Source: Oscillatoriaceae cyanobacterium Prado104
Lineage (GTDB): Bacteria; Cyanobacteriota; Cyanobacteriia; Cyanobacteriales; Microcoleaceae
DNA: 25,333 bases
Direction of reading: 5' to 3'
Assembly (NCBI GenBank): GCA_025454405.1
Contig: JALOON010000042.1
Span: 1 to 25,333, forward strand
Below the pieces are notes generated by a model, which was not told the origin of the DNA, ran no database searches, and saw only the letters and a program-made list of their open reading frames with translations. A program made the position numbers and the translations under genes. This document shows positions 16,488-25,333 of the stretch, piece after piece; the first letter of the stretch is position 1; each line of letters starts with the position of its first letter.

Positions 16488-16584
16488 AACTGTAGCTTTT
16501 AAAATGAAAATCTGCAATTATACGATCGGTAGCAAACTAAGGCGATAATTATTGCAGTATTTTCATTAACAAAGCGAGGACGCT

Positions 16585-17973
16585 ATGCCATCCCAGGACT
16601 TTTCGTCTCCACCCAAAACCAAAGAGTCAAAAGTTCTGCCTTCTCTGACTGACAAAATCTTGCCTGCAGAGCCCGCAGCCCGATCGCCAGCTAACACAAA
16701 CTCTTCAGAACTCAGTATTTACCAAGCTCAAGATATCATTTACAAATTTTTTCTGCACCACATTAATAACTCTGCCCCCCAATTGGTTTGGCAAGAATTT
16801 AAAAATTTGTTTATAGAACTTATTGCCCCGGTAGATCCCAAATTAATTCAAGCAATACATACTATAATTTCATTTGATAGCCAGTTAGAATTTAATAACT
16901 TGTTCAAACGCTGCTGTTACATTTTATTAAATAACTGGGTCTCTCACAGGCAGTACCAATTTGCTCTAGACTTAGTTACAATTATCAGCGAGCGCAGTCA
17001 GAGCGCACCCGACGCAGACAATTCTCTCAAATCTCTCAGGCTGTGGCTTGCCAACTTTGTCAGCAGCGCAGACTACGAAGAAATCCAAGCGTTTGTATCC
17101 AAGTACGACACCCAACAGCAAACTCACTGGACTTCTCGCTACGAACCTTATTTGCTAGTCAGCCGGTATCTCGATGCTACCAGCAGCCACGAAGAGCGCG
17201 AAGCTGCTAAACTTCAGTCGCAGCAGCTAAAAGATAAGTACAAGTTTGAACTGGCAATGTACACATCTCGATCGCAGTCCGCTGTTTTCAGATCCAAAAC
17301 TTACCACAACCCGACTCTTTTAGGAGATGAAACCCTGCGTTTGATCAAAATAATTTTGGTAAACCGGGGTTCGTTAAGCTATCCCAGCTTGGCAAAGATT
17401 TTTTTAAATCAAAGTCAATATGTTACTTACAAACAGTTTAAAGAAAGCCTGATTAAGTATTTGTTTTATTATGCAGAACATACTGATTTTATGGAGAGAA
17501 TCCAACGAAAATTGCTCGAAAATTTAGAAACATTGTATCGCGACAATGATGGTGAAATTGTTAACAGCAGCCTACAGTTCCGAACCTGCAACCACATCAT
17601 CAAATGTTTGACAGTGGAAAATACAGGAGAACCTTCAGCCTTATTTTTAATCTTTTTCAGCCATCTCAATCCATTAAGTCTCGCAATTTTGTTACTGAAA
17701 TTAGTTTTAATTTCTCCCAATTCTCGAACGAATTTAGAACTTTATTTAGCCCGATTAATCCAATACCATCAAGAGCATTCGGCGATCGACTGTCAGTGGC
17801 TGATTAATTTTTTAGAAATCTGTCAGATCGCCCTAACTATTTACGGAGAAAACGTTCAATACAATTTGGTGAATATGTCCGAAAACAATCTGGACGATCG
17901 GCTAATAGTTGACCTGAATAATTGTCGGGTTTTTTCTCAGCAGAAAAAGAGCCGAAAAGAAGTTGACAGTTAA
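16585..17973 (+). CDS. Hypothetical protein, markedly AT-rich relative to neighbours, one C-terminal hydrophobic segment
   Basis: 462-aa ORF with an ATG start. No recognisable motif. Composition is visibly lower in GC than the flanking genes. There is a hydrophobic stretch ALFLIFFSHLNPLSLAILLLKLVLI near residues 350-375. Confidence 0.6.
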   Translation: MPSQDFSSPPKTKESKVLPSLTDKILPAEPAARSPANTNSSELSIYQAQDIIYKFFLHHINNSAPQLVWQEFKNLFIELIAPVDPKLIQAIHTIISFDSQLEFNNLFKRCCYILLNNWVSHRQYQFALDLVTIISERSQSAPDADNSLKSLRLWLANFVSSADYEEIQAFVSKYDTQQQTHWTSRYEPYLLVSRYLDATSSHEEREAAKLQSQQLKDKYKFELAMYTSRSQSAVFRSKTYHNPTLLGDETLRLIKIILVNRGSLSYPSLAKIFLNQSQYVTYKQFKESLIKYLFYYAEHTDFMERIQRKLLENLETLYRDNDGEIVNSSLQFRTCNHIIKCLTVENTGEPSALFLIFFSHLNPLSLAILLLKLVLISPNSRTNLELYLARLIQYHQEHSAIDCQWLINFLEICQIALTIYGENVQYNLVNMSENNLDDRLIVDLNNCRVFSQQKKSRKEVDS

Positions 17974-17978
17974 GAAAA

Positions 17979-18055
17979 GTTTTGAGTTTTGAGTTTTGAG
18001 TTTTGAATTAAAAAATGTCTTTAACTCAAAACTCAAAATTTAAAACTCAAAACTC
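17979..18055. terminator. Second inverted heptamer-array hairpin, (GTTTTGA)n loop (TCAAAAC)n; bidirectional terminator candidate
   Basis: gttttgagttttgagttttgagttttgaat / loop taaaaaatgtctttaa / ctcaaaactcaaaatttaaaactcaaaactc. It lies between the convergent stops at 17973 (+) and 18070 (-). Confidence 0.5.
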
Positions 18056-18069
18056 CCGATTTCCCAATT

Positions 18070-21000
18070 TTAGTCTGCATTTTCCGCAGTTTCTATTTCC
18101 CTAACTAAATTGAGAATTTGATGATATTCAAAATTAGACAGATGCTTGTCAAGAATTCGGGCAAAATCATCGCGATTGCTCCGAATTTCCTCGATTTTCT
18201 CAGCAATTAAATCGAAGTCTGCATTGCGAATTGCCTGTTGCATCTGGCTCGTCCATTCTCGCGAAAGTTTGGGCTGCGATTCAAGTACAAACGTTGCAGT
18301 AGCAGTATTCGAGAAACTTTCCGAGCCAACAGTTGAATTCTCAAATACCTGATTTAGATTGAGTACCGCACTCCCAGCTTCAATTTTAGATAAGTCTAAA
18401 ATTTGATTGATTAGTTGCAGCAGTTGTTCTCCGTTGCGACGAATAATTGTAATTTGTTCTTGTTCTTCGGGGGTTAAATTAGGACTGGGCTGCAATAATT
18501 GAGCGAAGCCGAGAATGGCATTGAGAGGAGTTCGCAGTTCGTGGGTCATATTAGCGAGAAAGATGCTTTTAGCTCGATCGGCCGCTTCTGCTGCTTCTTT
18601 TGCTTGTTTGAGTTCTTGTTCTGCCTGTTTGCGATCGCTCGTATCAAGGATGACGCCGTGCCAGACAATATCTCCATTTTCGCGAAGTTCCGGCCGGGAA
18701 AAACCTTGCAGCCATTTGAGTTTTCCCGATGCTGTAAAGATCCGCCATTCGTGAGAAAATGGTTCGAGATTGGTTGCGCTTTTGACAATTGCCTCGAAGT
18801 GACTCGCCCGATCGTCCGGGTGCATTTGTTCGTAAATTAAACATGAATCATTCATAATTTCCTCCGGTTCCAATTCTTGAATTTCCCGGCACCGCGGACT
18901 GATATATTCCATCACGAACGAGCCGTCGCTGCGCCGCACGAAAATGTAAAGTTCTCCCGGAACAGTAACAGCTAATTTTTGAAACAAAGCCTCGCTTTTT
19001 TTCAAAGCTAATTCAGCCTGTTTGCGATCGCCAATATCAAACCCAAAGGCAAAAACAAAGTCAAAATTGCCATCTTCATCCAACACCGGCGTGCCGTGCC
19101 ACTCTGCTAGCAAAATCCGCCCGTCTTTAGTCTGGATGCGGTGTTCGTTAACTGTTTGCTGGCCCGCAACTACGCGCTCGAAAACCGACATTAAGGTAGC
19201 TCGATCGACCTCGGGTACAAATGTCTCTAAGTAATCTTGACCCATAATTTCCTTGGCAGTATAGCCCACAGCTTGCAGCATGCTGCGGTTCGCCAGCAGG
19301 ATTTTGCCCCCAGCGTCGAGCGCTACAAAAAAAATCGGCGAATTTTGGATAACATTTAAGTTGAAATCCCGTTCTTTGCGAATAATTTTTTCAGCTTGCT
19401 TGCGTTCCTCAATTTGGAGTTCCAAGCGGGAATTGATTTCAGCTAGTTCGATCGTCCGCAAGGTTACTTCATTCTCCAGGCGGCGGTTGTAATCTGCCAA
19501 TATTTGTTCTGCTTGTTTGCGCTCGGTGATATCTTGAAACACGATAAGTACATAAATAACATTGCCACCCGCATCAAACATCGGCTGCGATCTCACTTGC
19601 AAGCGAATCACTTTCCCATCTCGGCGCAGATCCATATCTTCAATGAAGGTTTCTTTGCCCATCACGGCGCGTTCAAAGGGCGAATCTTCGATCGGGTACA
19701 GCCTATCGGTTCCGGCTACATAAAGCTGATAAGTTTCTGAGAGTTCTTCAGGAGTTGTAGTTGCTACCGCCGCTTTACCGGTAATCTCTCCTCCGGCTGA
19801 ATTCATAAAAATAGTGCTGCCGCTGGGAGTCAGGGCTACCACCCCAACGGGCAAGCATTCTAACAGCTTGGCAAATTTTTCTTCGCTGGCGGCCACAGCT
19901 TGAAAGGAGTTTTTCAGTTGTGCCACCATCTCGTTAAAAGATTGCGCTAATTCCCCCACTTCATCGGTGCGACTTACCGCCACAGTGCGATCGAAATTCC
20001 CTTTAGCAATATCTTTGGCTGCTTCGTTGAGGCGCAGCAGCGGCAGAGTGATCCATCTCGCAGCCAGCACTCCGGAGACCGTCGATACTACCAGCGCCAG
20101 CGCGCACAGTAAAATTGTAGTGCGGGTATTGCGGTTAATTTCGGCCATGAAATCGGATTCGGGAACTACGATCGCGATCGACCACTTCAAGCCGTAGTTG
20201 TTAGAAAACGGCACCACTTCCAAAAAATAACGCTGCCCTGCTGCGGTAAATTGCAGTTGCTGCCGTTTCTGCATCTTGTCGAAGCCCTGAAAATGCGAGT
20301 GCAAATACTTAGCAGCAGTGCGAATTAAGGGTGTCTGGCTGTCTAAAACATGCAGGCGCTGCAATTCTTGCTTTCCGGGAACCTGTTTGAAGGGGGAGTC
20401 CCGACTCGAACTCGCTACCAACAGTCCCGAGTGTTCGATCGCAAAAATTTGTCCTTGTTGGCTGAGTTTAATTTGATGCAGAAAATTTTGAATTTCTGAG
20501 AGGGAAAGATGGACTGCGCAAACTCCCAACAGTTTACCGGTGCGATCGCGAATTGGTTGAGTTGCAGCAATAAAAATAGTACCCGGAGTAAAGCCCGGAT
20601 AAATGCTCGTCCATGTAGGTTTATTAGTTGCCACAGCTTCTTTGTACCAGGGGCGTTGGCGGGTACGGTAGACTCTCGGTTCGATATTTAATTGCCGCCC
20701 GCGATCGCCGGAATCGTCGGTAGCGTAGTAAACATTCCAAAAGTTGTTCGCTCTGTTGGCAGTGACGATTTGCAAGCTATTATCTTTTTGGTTGCGCCAC
20801 ATCCCGAGATATTCTCCTGTTTCGGCACCTAAGGAAATCCATTGAATGCTTTTAAATGTTTGCATTTGATGCCACAGGAATCTCTCGGACTGCGGCTGGG
20901 GCTGTTCTAAATTGAAGTTCAATTCACCGCGGGCGATCGCGGCCGAGTTGAGTTGATTTGCCAAGTATGCTGTTTCTAGAAAATTCGTCAGCTTTTCTTC

Positions 21001-21192
21001 GATTCTTTTGCTAGCCTCACCCATTAATTGCTGGGCGAGGTTTTCCACTGCTTTTTGCCCGTTGCAAACGGAGAGATAGCCGATTAACCCTACCGTCCCG
21101 CCAATTTGCAACACAAAAGACGCGACGAGAACGAAGCGCAAGGGGATTTTTTTCGGTTGTTTGGCAGCGCGGCTTGTTGAGAAAAGCGACAT
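18070..21192 (-). CDS. Multi-sensor signalling protein: TM, dCache_1 periplasmic domain, TM, HAMP, 3x PAS/PAC, HisKA. It lacks a HATPase_c catalytic domain.
   Basis: Periplasmic RPWYKEAV... dCache motif. HAMP is [40 protein letters not shown]. Three PAS units end [18 protein letters not shown] and DTSDRKQAE. The H-box is [21 protein letters not shown]. The final ~120 aa carry no N/G1/G2 ATP-binding boxes. Confidence 0.85.
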   Translation of the reverse strand: MSLFSTSRAAKQPKKIPLRFVLVASFVLQIGGTVGLIGYLSVCNGQKAVENLAQQLMGEASKRIEEKLTNFLETAYLANQLNSAAIARGELNFNLEQPQPQSERFLWHQMQTFKSIQWISLGAETGEYLGMWRNQKDNSLQIVTANRANNFWNVYYATDDSGDRGRQLNIEPRVYRTRQRPWYKEAVATNKPTWTSIYPGFTPGTIFIAATQPIRDRTGKLLGVCAVHLSLSEIQNFLHQIKLSQQGQIFAIEHSGLLVASSSRDSPFKQVPGKQELQRLHVLDSQTPLIRTAAKYLHSHFQGFDKMQKRQQLQFTAAGQRYFLEVVPFSNNYGLKWSIAIVVPESDFMAEINRNTRTTILLCALALVVSTVSGVLAARWITLPLLRLNEAAKDIAKGNFDRTVAVSRTDEVGELAQSFNEMVAQLKNSFQAVAASEEKFAKLLECLPVGVVALTPSGSTIFMNSAGGEITGKAAVATTTPEELSETYQLYVAGTDRLYPIEDSPFERAVMGKETFIEDMDLRRDGKVIRLQVRSQPMFDAGGNVIYVLIVFQDITERKQAEQILADYNRRLENEVTLRTIELAEINSRLELQIEERKQAEKIIRKERDFNLNVIQNSPIFFVALDAGGKILLANRSMLQAVGYTAKEIMGQDYLETFVPEVDRATLMSVFERVVAGQQTVNEHRIQTKDGRILLAEWHGTPVLDEDGNFDFVFAFGFDIGDRKQAELALKKSEALFQKLAVTVPGELYIFVRRSDGSFVMEYISPRCREIQELEPEEIMNDSCLIYEQMHPDDRASHFEAIVKSATNLEPFSHEWRIFTASGKLKWLQGFSRPELRENGDIVWHGVILDTSDRKQAEQELKQAKEAAEAADRAKSIFLANMTHELRTPLNAILGFAQLLQPSPNLTPEEQEQITIIRRNGEQLLQLINQILDLSKIEAGSAVLNLNQVFENSTVGSESFSNTATATFVLESQPKLSREWTSQMQQAIRNADFDLIAEKIEEIRSNRDDFARILDKHLSNFEYHQILNLVREIETAENAD

Positions 21193-21526
21193 GGGCAGCT
21201 AACAGAGTGCTATCTACCACTTTAGCTGATAGTTTTATTTAATACTTTCCCCGATATCCTCAGCAATATTTGTCTGGCGCATTTACAGTTTTCCCATGGA
21301 AAATCCCTCGCTTAGCTTTACAGATGTAGCGAGGGCTGAGAATAGGTATTCTCGAAAAATACGAGCGGTGGCTGCGGCGATCGATCGAGCCATTGCCATC
21401 TATTAAAGAGATACTGTTTGGGCGCGCCTGAGAGACTGTCCGGCGTGAGAACTTACAGCGATAACAGAGCCGACTCTTTTCAACAAGTCCAGGCCCGAAG
21501 TCACCGCAAGTAGTGAATGTTTGCGC

Positions 21527-21916
21527 TTAGGCCGCTTCTTCTTCGCGATCGATTTGACGCAAGTGAATGTGTTTGCGTCCCAAAGAGATTTCAAATTCAT
21601 CTCCCGGCTGGAGTTCCATTTGCTTGGTATAAGCTGCTCCAATCAGTAAGTTGCCGTTAGATTGAACGCTAATCCGATAGCTTGCCGAGCGTCCGCCGCG
21701 TCCGTTGCCATTTTGCTTGCCATCTAGCTGAATGCCTTCTGCATCAATTAAGGCATTCAGGAATTTCATCATGTTTACCCGTTCTACCCCGTTTTTGGTA
21801 ACGGTGTAGTAACCGCAGGCCCTCGCTTTTTCTTCCTTGGTAAGGTTCTCTAGGTCTTTAACCTTCTTGATGAGAGCTTCGCCTTCGAGGGGTTCGATAT
21901 TTTTCTTTTTAGCCAT
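21527..21916 (-). CDS. Cyanobacterial AbrB-family transcriptional regulator (cyAbrB/CalA-like)
   Basis: 129 aa. N-terminus MAKKK...ARACGYYTVTKNGVERVNMMKFL and a C-terminal AbrB/SpoVT swapped-hairpin domain (GDEFEISLGRKHIHLRQI) match the cyAbrB architecture. Confidence 0.7.
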   Translation of the reverse strand: MAKKKNIEPLEGEALIKKVKDLENLTKEEKARACGYYTVTKNGVERVNMMKFLNALIDAEGIQLDGKQNGNGRGGRSASYRISVQSNGNLLIGAAYTKQMELQPGDEFEISLGRKHIHLRQIDREEEAA

Positions 21917-22193
21917 CTACTGAGTCCTGAAATATTCAACTGGTGTACGGTTTTTTTCTCGGTTCGGTTGGGGTTTGTGAGTTTTGCTTGGACCGAGAAG
22001 TTTAGCTTTATAGCTGGTCGTAAAACTATATTACACCGATCGGCTTGAATGTTAACCACTATTATCAAAATATTTTTAACAAATGCAGTCTTTCTTGAGG
22101 AGTAGCCGGCTGCAAGCGAACCATCTCCAAACTCGCTAGCATAAGCTATCAGCTATCAGCTAGCTGCTCCTTTGCCCCCGATCTTAAAATCCG

Positions 22194-22637
22194 ATGAAGT
22201 TAACCAGACGCGGACACTACAGTGTCAAAGCTCTACTGGATCTAAGTTTGCAACCTTGCTTCGGTCCGACATCAGTGAAATCGATCGCGAAACGACAGGA
22301 GTTACCGGCTCCGTATCTCGAAAAATTGCTGATTGAAATGCGACGAGCCGGTTTAGTCCAATCAGTTCGAGGTTCCCAAGGAGGGTATCAATTGGCTCGC
22401 GAACCCGCTCAAATCTCTTTAGGACAAATCTTAGAGGCTGTAGGCGAAACTATTGAACCTTTACCCCGACATTCTCCTGACGCTTCCTGCGCCGAGGACT
22501 GGGTAACATTCAGTTTGTGGCACAGACTTCACAAAAAACTTGCCCAAGCGCTGTACAGTATTTCCCTTGAAGACTTATACTATGATGTCCGCAGTTGGCA
22601 AGCGGCTCTGGGAGAAGAAACGAGCTTTATCATTTGA
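22194..22637 (+). CDS. Rrf2 family transcriptional regulator (IscR-like, only two Cys)
   Basis: N-terminal HTH MKLTRRGHYSVKALLDLSL...SVKSIAKRQELPAPYLEKLLIEMRRAGLVQSVRGSQGGYQLAR is canonical Rrf2. It has only two Cys (QPCFG, DASCAED), so probably no Fe-S cluster. Confidence 0.8.
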   Translation: MKLTRRGHYSVKALLDLSLQPCFGPTSVKSIAKRQELPAPYLEKLLIEMRRAGLVQSVRGSQGGYQLAREPAQISLGQILEAVGETIEPLPRHSPDASCAEDWVTFSLWHRLHKKLAQALYSISLEDLYYDVRSWQAALGEETSFII

Positions 22638-22814
22638 TACCTTTAATACTGACACTGCCCCTGCATACTTTCTGCCGGATTTGCAGCATTCACTCGTTTT
22701 TTCGCCCGCGATCGCATCCCGATAAGTTTGATGTCACTGTCTGCTGTCTCGAATCCGATGCAATATCTCGATTTGGCGATCGTACCTATTGCCAGTGTTA
22801 GTTGGCAGCAGCAC

Positions 22815-22940
22815 CGGCACTTGCTTGGGAGCGAAAGTAATCCGGGCGGTGCAAATCGTTACGATCGGATGAAAGCCTTCACCTGCAAAGCTTTCAATCT
22901 CAGCGACCGCATCGAAGCCAGCAGGCGCTGACTGTGGAGT
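22815..22940 (+). ncRNA. Candidate cobalamin riboswitch in the cobD leader (needs a covariance-model check)
   Basis: GGGAGCGAAAGUAAUCCGGGCGGUGCAAAUCG (22826-22858) resembles the conserved GGGAA...AAUCC..GGUGC..AAUC core. AGCCAGCAGGCGCUGAC (22916-22932) resembles the B12 box (AGYCMGGAGACCKGCC). It lies 27 nt before the cobD ATG at 22959. Confidence 0.35.
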
Positions 22941-22958
22941 TTGACACAATATTTAACG

Positions 22959-24074
22959 ATGGCAGATGAATTTGCTGTTTTAGTTTTGGCGTCGGTATTG
23001 GATTATTCGATCGGCGATCCTTGGGGTTGGCCGCATCCCGTGCGAGTCATGGGTTGGGCGATCGACCGCTACACTCGACTTGTCTTTAATATATGGAATA
23101 ATCCCCCAACCAAAATGTCAGTCGCCCGCAATAATCCTGCCAACGATCCGGCTGCTGGGGACAACAATCTCGCTGACAAGACGGCTGCACGCCAGCTTCG
23201 ATGGGCCGGTACAATACTGGCGATCGGACTGATTCTAGGCAGTTATACTGTCAGTTGGTCGATCGTCCAAGCTGCTAGTTGGGTGCATCCTCTTTGCGGT
23301 ATTGCCCTGCAGAGCATTTTACTGGCAAGCTGTTTTGCCGGTCGCAGTTTGAGGGCAGCAGCCCGAGACGTACTCGCACCTTTAAATGTTGGAGATTTAG
23401 TCAAGGCGCGAGAACGCTTGAGTTTTTACGTCGGTAGGGATACTGAAAGCTTATCTGAGGCAGAAATTCTGCGGGCATTGTTAGAAACGGTAACAGAAAA
23501 TGCAGTAGATGGCGTGACGGCACCGCTATTTTATGCCCTGGTTGGGTTCGCTCTCCCGCATCTATTATTAAATGTTACCGATGGGCAGATCGCCCCGGAC
23601 TCGATCTGGGCGAGCGCGATCGTTCCTTGCGCGATGGCTTATAAAGCAGCCAGCACGCTAGATTCTACGGTTGGCTACAAAGAACCGCCTTACACAGATT
23701 TAGGATGGTTTAGCGCCAAACTAGAAGACGTGCTGACTTGGCTTCCTTGCCGCTTAACAGTAATAACTTTAGCTGTTTTATCTGGCAAACCGATTTATGT
23801 TTGGAGGATGTGTCAGAGAGATGCAGTAAAAGATGTCAGTCCCAATTCCGGTTGGAGCGAGTGCGCCTACGCTGCCATCTTGGGAGTGCAGCTAGGAGGT
23901 ACAAATTATTATCGCGGAATTATCAAACAAAAACCGCTGTTAGGCGAATCGATTCACCCCATCGCCCCGGAACGAATCGATCGAGCTTTGCAATTAACCC
24001 GCTATTGCTTTCTTATTTGGTTGGGATTATCCTTGCTGGTTTATGGAGCTCTGAACGCACGCACAGGTATGTAG
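22959..24074 (+). CDS. cobD: Adenosylcobinamide-phosphate synthase CobD/CbiB (membrane)
   Basis: CobD N-terminal motif VLDYSIGDPWGWPHPVRVMGWAI plus several TM segments. The track ORF begins at a TTG (22941); ATG 22959 (MADEF) is preferred. There is an unusual ~45-aa hydrophilic insertion (NNPPTKMSVARNNPANDPAAGDNNLADKTAARQ). Confidence 0.8.
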   Translation: MADEFAVLVLASVLDYSIGDPWGWPHPVRVMGWAIDRYTRLVFNIWNNPPTKMSVARNNPANDPAAGDNNLADKTAARQLRWAGTILAIGLILGSYTVSWSIVQAASWVHPLCGIALQSILLASCFAGRSLRAAARDVLAPLNVGDLVKARERLSFYVGRDTESLSEAEILRALLETVTENAVDGVTAPLFYALVGFALPHLLLNVTDGQIAPDSIWASAIVPCAMAYKAASTLDSTVGYKEPPYTDLGWFSAKLEDVLTWLPCRLTVITLAVLSGKPIYVWRMCQRDAVKDVSPNSGWSECAYAAILGVQLGGTNYYRGIIKQKPLLGESIHPIAPERIDRALQLTRYCFLIWLGLSLLVYGALNARTGM

Positions 24075-24158
24075 TTGCGCTCGATGACTCAAAATCAATT
24101 TCTGAATGCCCGTGCATTGCAGACCCAACTCCATCAAAAATCGCCAATCGCAAATCGC

Positions 24159-24197
24159 TCGATCGTGCCAGAACGAATTTGTTAAGCTTTGCAGTTA
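24159..24197. repeat. 38-bp direct repeat, copy 1 (cgatcgtSccagaacgaatttgttaagctttRcagtta); copy 2 at 24379-24416 contains the pyrR start region
   Basis: Copy 1 tcgatcgtgccagaacgaatttgttaagctttgcagtta. Copy 2 ccgatcgtcccagaacgaatttgttaagctttacagtta, ending at the pyrR ATG (24416). Both are flanked by (AATCGCC)/(AAATCGC) heptamer runs. A second pair of ~41-bp repeats sits at 24249-24289 and 24315-24355. Confidence 0.8.
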
Positions 24198-24415
24198 ACT
24201 CGGTTTTCTTTGGTATGAGTGCGCGCTTAACTGCAATCTCAAATCTATAATCGCCCGCTCCTGTGTTGCGTCGCCGTCCCAAAACAATCGAAAATAGCAA
24301 ATAGCAAATCGCAAATCGCCCGCTCGTCAGTTGCGTCGCCGAGCGAAATTAATCGCCAATCGCCAATCGCCAATTGCCCGATCGTCCCAGAACGAATTTG
24401 TTAAGCTTTACAGTT

Positions 24416-24949
24416 ATGAGTAAAATCATCGAAATTCTATCCCCGGAAGAAGTGCGGCGCACGCTTACCCGCATGGCTTCCCAGATTGTTGAAAAATCTG
24501 GCGATCCGTCAGAGTTAGTGCTGCTGGGAATTCATACTAGAGGAGTACCTTTAGCTCAAATTTTAGCTGCTCAAATTGAAGTTCTCGAACAAACTAAAGT
24601 ATTCGTGGGCGCTTTGGATATTACGTTTTACCGAGATGATTTGGATCGAGTGGCGATGCGGACGCCTGCCAAAACAGAAATTCCTTTCGATTTGACTGGG
24701 AAAACGGTTGTGTTGGTAGATGACGTTATATATAAAGGAAGAACGGTACGGGCGGCTCTAAATGCGGTAAATGAATACGGGCGACCGGAGAAAATTTGGT
24801 TGGCGGTGTTGGTCGATCGAGGTCACCGAGAAGTACCGATCCATCCCGATTTTACGGGTAAAAAGCTGCCGACAGCGCAGGAAGAACAAGTTAAAGTATA
24901 CGTTCAAGAACTTGACGGTCGCGATCGCGTGGAGTTAATTAAAGGTTAA
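24416..24949 (+). CDS. pyrR: PyrR, pyrimidine operon regulator / uracil phosphoribosyltransferase
   Basis: Type-I PRTase PRPP motif [21 protein letters not shown] and a PyrR-like N-terminus [27 protein letters not shown]. The track ORF begins at TTG 24374; the ATG at 24416 matches PyrR length (~178 aa). Confidence 0.8.
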   Translation: MSKIIEILSPEEVRRTLTRMASQIVEKSGDPSELVLLGIHTRGVPLAQILAAQIEVLEQTKVFVGALDITFYRDDLDRVAMRTPAKTEIPFDLTGKTVVLVDDVIYKGRTVRAALNAVNEYGRPEKIWLAVLVDRGHREVPIHPDFTGKKLPTAQEEQVKVYVQELDGRDRVELIKG

Positions 24950-25017
24950 TCGAGTTTGGTTAATCAACCTTTCATATCATGTCCGATCGAGCGACAGCAA
25001 TCGGATTTGTTCGTAGT

Positions 25018-25057
25018 GCGGACTGAAGTCCGCAACATACTGCGGACTTCAGTCCGC
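25018..25057. repeat. Perfect 16-bp inverted repeat (gcggactgaagtccgc / gcggacttcagtccgc) 70 bp after pyrR; hairpin / possible terminator
   Basis: Read directly. The 8-nt loop is aacatact. It belongs to the GGACTGAAGTCC palindrome family also seen at 5079-5184 and 13780-13795. Confidence 0.7.
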
Positions 25058-25136
25058 AATACCAGCCATTTTGGTTGCGATCGCTCGGACACCATATAAT
25101 AGCAAATCCCGATTTACTACCCCCTTAATGAGCAGG

Positions 25137-25333
25137 CTAATTTCTCCCTCTCCCCCCCTCTCCTCCTCTCTCCCTCGATCTATCCCTGTTGGTCATATCC
25201 TGCAAAACTTGTTCGAGGGTATTCGCTTCTTGAGTCTTTCCTTGCTTTCTATATAAATCCCTAGCTCTTTTCACCGACTCCACTGCATCTGACATTCTAT
25301 TTTGCGCGAACAGCACCTGACCCAACATATAAT
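25137..25333 (-). CDS. Partial ORF running off the window end; TPR-like helical C-terminus followed by a repeat-encoded RERGGEGGRGRN tail
   Basis: LGQVLFAQNRMSDAVESVKRARDLYRKQGKTQEANTLEQVLQDM reads as a TPR helix pair. There is no in-frame stop upstream before the window edge. The last 12 codons lie in the (GGGGAGA)-type polypurine repeat, so the true C-terminus is uncertain. Confidence 0.3.
   Translation of the reverse strand, partial: YMLGQVLFAQNRMSDAVESVKRARDLYRKQGKTQEANTLEQVLQDMTNRDRSRERGGEGGRGRN

Noticed and set aside
18146-20691. Multiple 60-113 aa plus-strand ORFs inside the 3.1-kb sensor gene
   Set aside because: They are antisense to a gene with continuous, strongly motif-supported coding. 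They are shadow ORFs.
23738-24250. 170-aa ORF overlapping the cobD 3' end in another frame
   Set aside because: It overlaps a strongly supported cobD frame. Its C-terminus is created by the R1 repeat (mimicking the pyrR leader) and is not a real gene.
1-25333. Search for tRNA/rRNA genes
   Set aside because: No T-loop (GGTTCGAATCC-like) or acceptor-stem cloverleaf candidates were seen by eye. tRNAscan or Infernal could not be run, so a tRNA could have been missed.

Overview
The window is 25.3 kb of chromosome from a filamentous, probably Oscillatoriales-type cyanobacterium. That assignment is an inference from three things: very dense HIP1 octamers (GCGATCGC), cyanobacteria-specific genes (cyAbrB, DUF4058, HisZ), and intergenic spacers packed with 7-mer tandem repeats (AGTTGAC, AAAATCT, GAGTTTT, GGGGAGA, TTCTTCC). 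I call about 21 protein-coding genes. They are an IMPase-family protein (5' partial), a J-like/TPR protein, hisZ, a small 2x[4Fe-4S] ferredoxin, a DUF4058 nuclease-fold protein, an ApbE flavin transferase, an FMN-binding-domain membrane protein, a divergent MarR regulator with clear operator palindromes, an ATP-grasp ligase, a GT39 membrane glycosyltransferase, recA with its terminator, a DUF3616-like protein, an S2P/CBS metalloprotease, an AT-rich hypothetical, a 1040-aa dCache/HAMP/3xPAS/HisKA sensor that lacks the ATP-binding catalytic domain, a cyAbrB regulator, an Rrf2 regulator, cobD, pyrR and a partial TPR-like ORF. I also call a degraded IS200/IS605 tnpB relic with a structured repeat region beside it, a candidate cobalamin riboswitch ahead of cobD, an array of four AGAAACC-N-GGTTTCT palindromes plus a LexA-like GTAC-N4-GTAC box upstream of recA, and two bidirectional terminator-like hairpins built from inverted heptamer arrays. 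I found no CRISPR array, rRNA or tRNA. The hunt items I rate highest are the MarR/FMN-bind/ApbE module (an extracytoplasmic flavoprotein with its flavin-attachment motif intact), the catalytic-domain-less sensor kinase convergent with the AT-rich hypothetical, the GT39 plus ATP-grasp pair, the repeated leader segments around pyrR, and the riboswitch candidate. Every family assignment rests on motif recognition by eye; no database search could be run.
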